DNA of 36,883 nt from Nemertoderma westbladi (Eukaryota > Animalia > Xenacoelomorpha), in assembly GCA_032718475.1 (NCBI GenBank), contig JAUCBJ010001775.1:1-36883 (forward strand), given 5' to 3'. Shown here one piece after another: positions 35,741-36,883 of the stretch (position 1 is its first letter; every line of letters starts with the position of its first letter). Made by a program: the position numbers and the translations under genes. Below the pieces are notes generated by a model. It saw only the letters and a list, made by a program, of their open reading frames with translations, had not been told where the DNA came from and made no database searches.

Positions 35741-36883
35741 GACGTCATTGCCGACTTTGCAAAAGCTGTGCCCAATAAAATTTTATAATTCACATAGGGT
35801 TAACTGCAAAGTGAAATATAACAGCAGAAAGTCTGCTATACTCCACAAGGGCAGTAAATCCTAAATAATAATAATTATTATTATCCAATCCAGCATAATA
35901 TTATAATGTAAATATTTAACAATAACCAATAAAAGAGTTTATTGTCCCGTTGCGGATAATATCAAAGGGATATACTAGTATTTACTGTATACAGCTGTAA
36001 GCCTCTAATCTAATTAGTCCGTCCATACGTGGCACACACACACACACAGATCTGTCACTTTATGCAAAGTTAATTGGATTATGTCAGTGCTCCTATACTT
36101 TTACCGTTTGCTTCTTATACTGTATCACTATGGTTAGCCTTTGCTCTCCATGTACCGGTAATTCTGTATGTTTTGGCGTATCAGCGAATAGGTTAAGTAA
36201 GGAATACAAGCCCCCCCCCCCCCCCCCGCACGAGTTCTCAAGGCGGGCAGCATATGTTTCGAGTTTCCATGGAAGTGAGCCATTGTTATTATGCAAACAG
36301 TTGGTTTAATAGAGAGGAAACATAAAGCTGGCTAAGGTCGTCTGCTCATTGGACGATAATATCTGTTCTTTAGGCCCCATATGGGTCGGTTTATTAACAA
36401 TTCTAATACTGCGTTTATATTATTATTAGATAGTAGGAAAACTAGCTTGCATGGGCCGTATAATCTTTTGTGCTTTACGAATGCAATGCGTTGCCCGCTT
36501 ACTTACCATCCATCTATTATTTATTGATAGGCCTAGTTTTATTTTATTATATTGGTTATAGCAATTTGATTGAGTAGAGCAGTATGCCTATGGATAAATG
36601 TTTTGTGGCTATGGATATTAATTGCTTCATACAACCCCCCAGGATTCAGAGCTGGTATTTATTTCCTGCAGCTACAATGTTCTTTGCTTTCGTTTAACAT
36701 TTAATGGCTCCTACTATACTACAACCTATATTTCCTTGTATTCTACCAGAAACTTATTGAAGTAGGTAAGTAATGATTTGATGTGGTATAATTGTATTGG
36801 GTTGTTTTGAATTTCTTATTTATTATAATTATTGTTTCAATTAATTTCAAGGATTATTGTTGATTGCAAAGTGTACCGTTCCC

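Overview
AT-rich, repeat-dense eukaryotic (very probably invertebrate animal) genomic DNA, not prokaryotic. Host genes: (1) a complete 3-exon SWI/SNF core subunit SMARCC1/2 (BAF155/170, moira) on + (20228-21194, 24955-25782, 25973-27873; about 1231 aa) with an unusual Trp-repeat and Q/G-repeat C-terminal tail; (2) the first three coding exons of a BAG6/Scythe-like gene on - (6535 down to 4272); (3) an intronless 4-TM ORF (MS4A/CD20-like topology) on - at 1566-2225. The rest is two CR1/L2-type LINE copies, several MITEs with TIRs and TSDs, and tandem arrays (13, 37, ~62 and 89 bp, plus a 1.9 kb CCCACATT array) that explain most remaining ORFs as artefacts. A back-to-back SMART/PacBio ultra-low-input adapter at 12065-12117 marks a probable chimeric junction, so the two sides may not be adjacent in the genome. 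The best candidates for new biology are the regularly spaced Trp tail on SMARCC (possible Argonaute-hook) and the strongly enriched TAGGCCTA/TACCGGTA palindromes that look like transposon footprints. Both are hypotheses; no CRISPR or other defined novel system is demonstrated.
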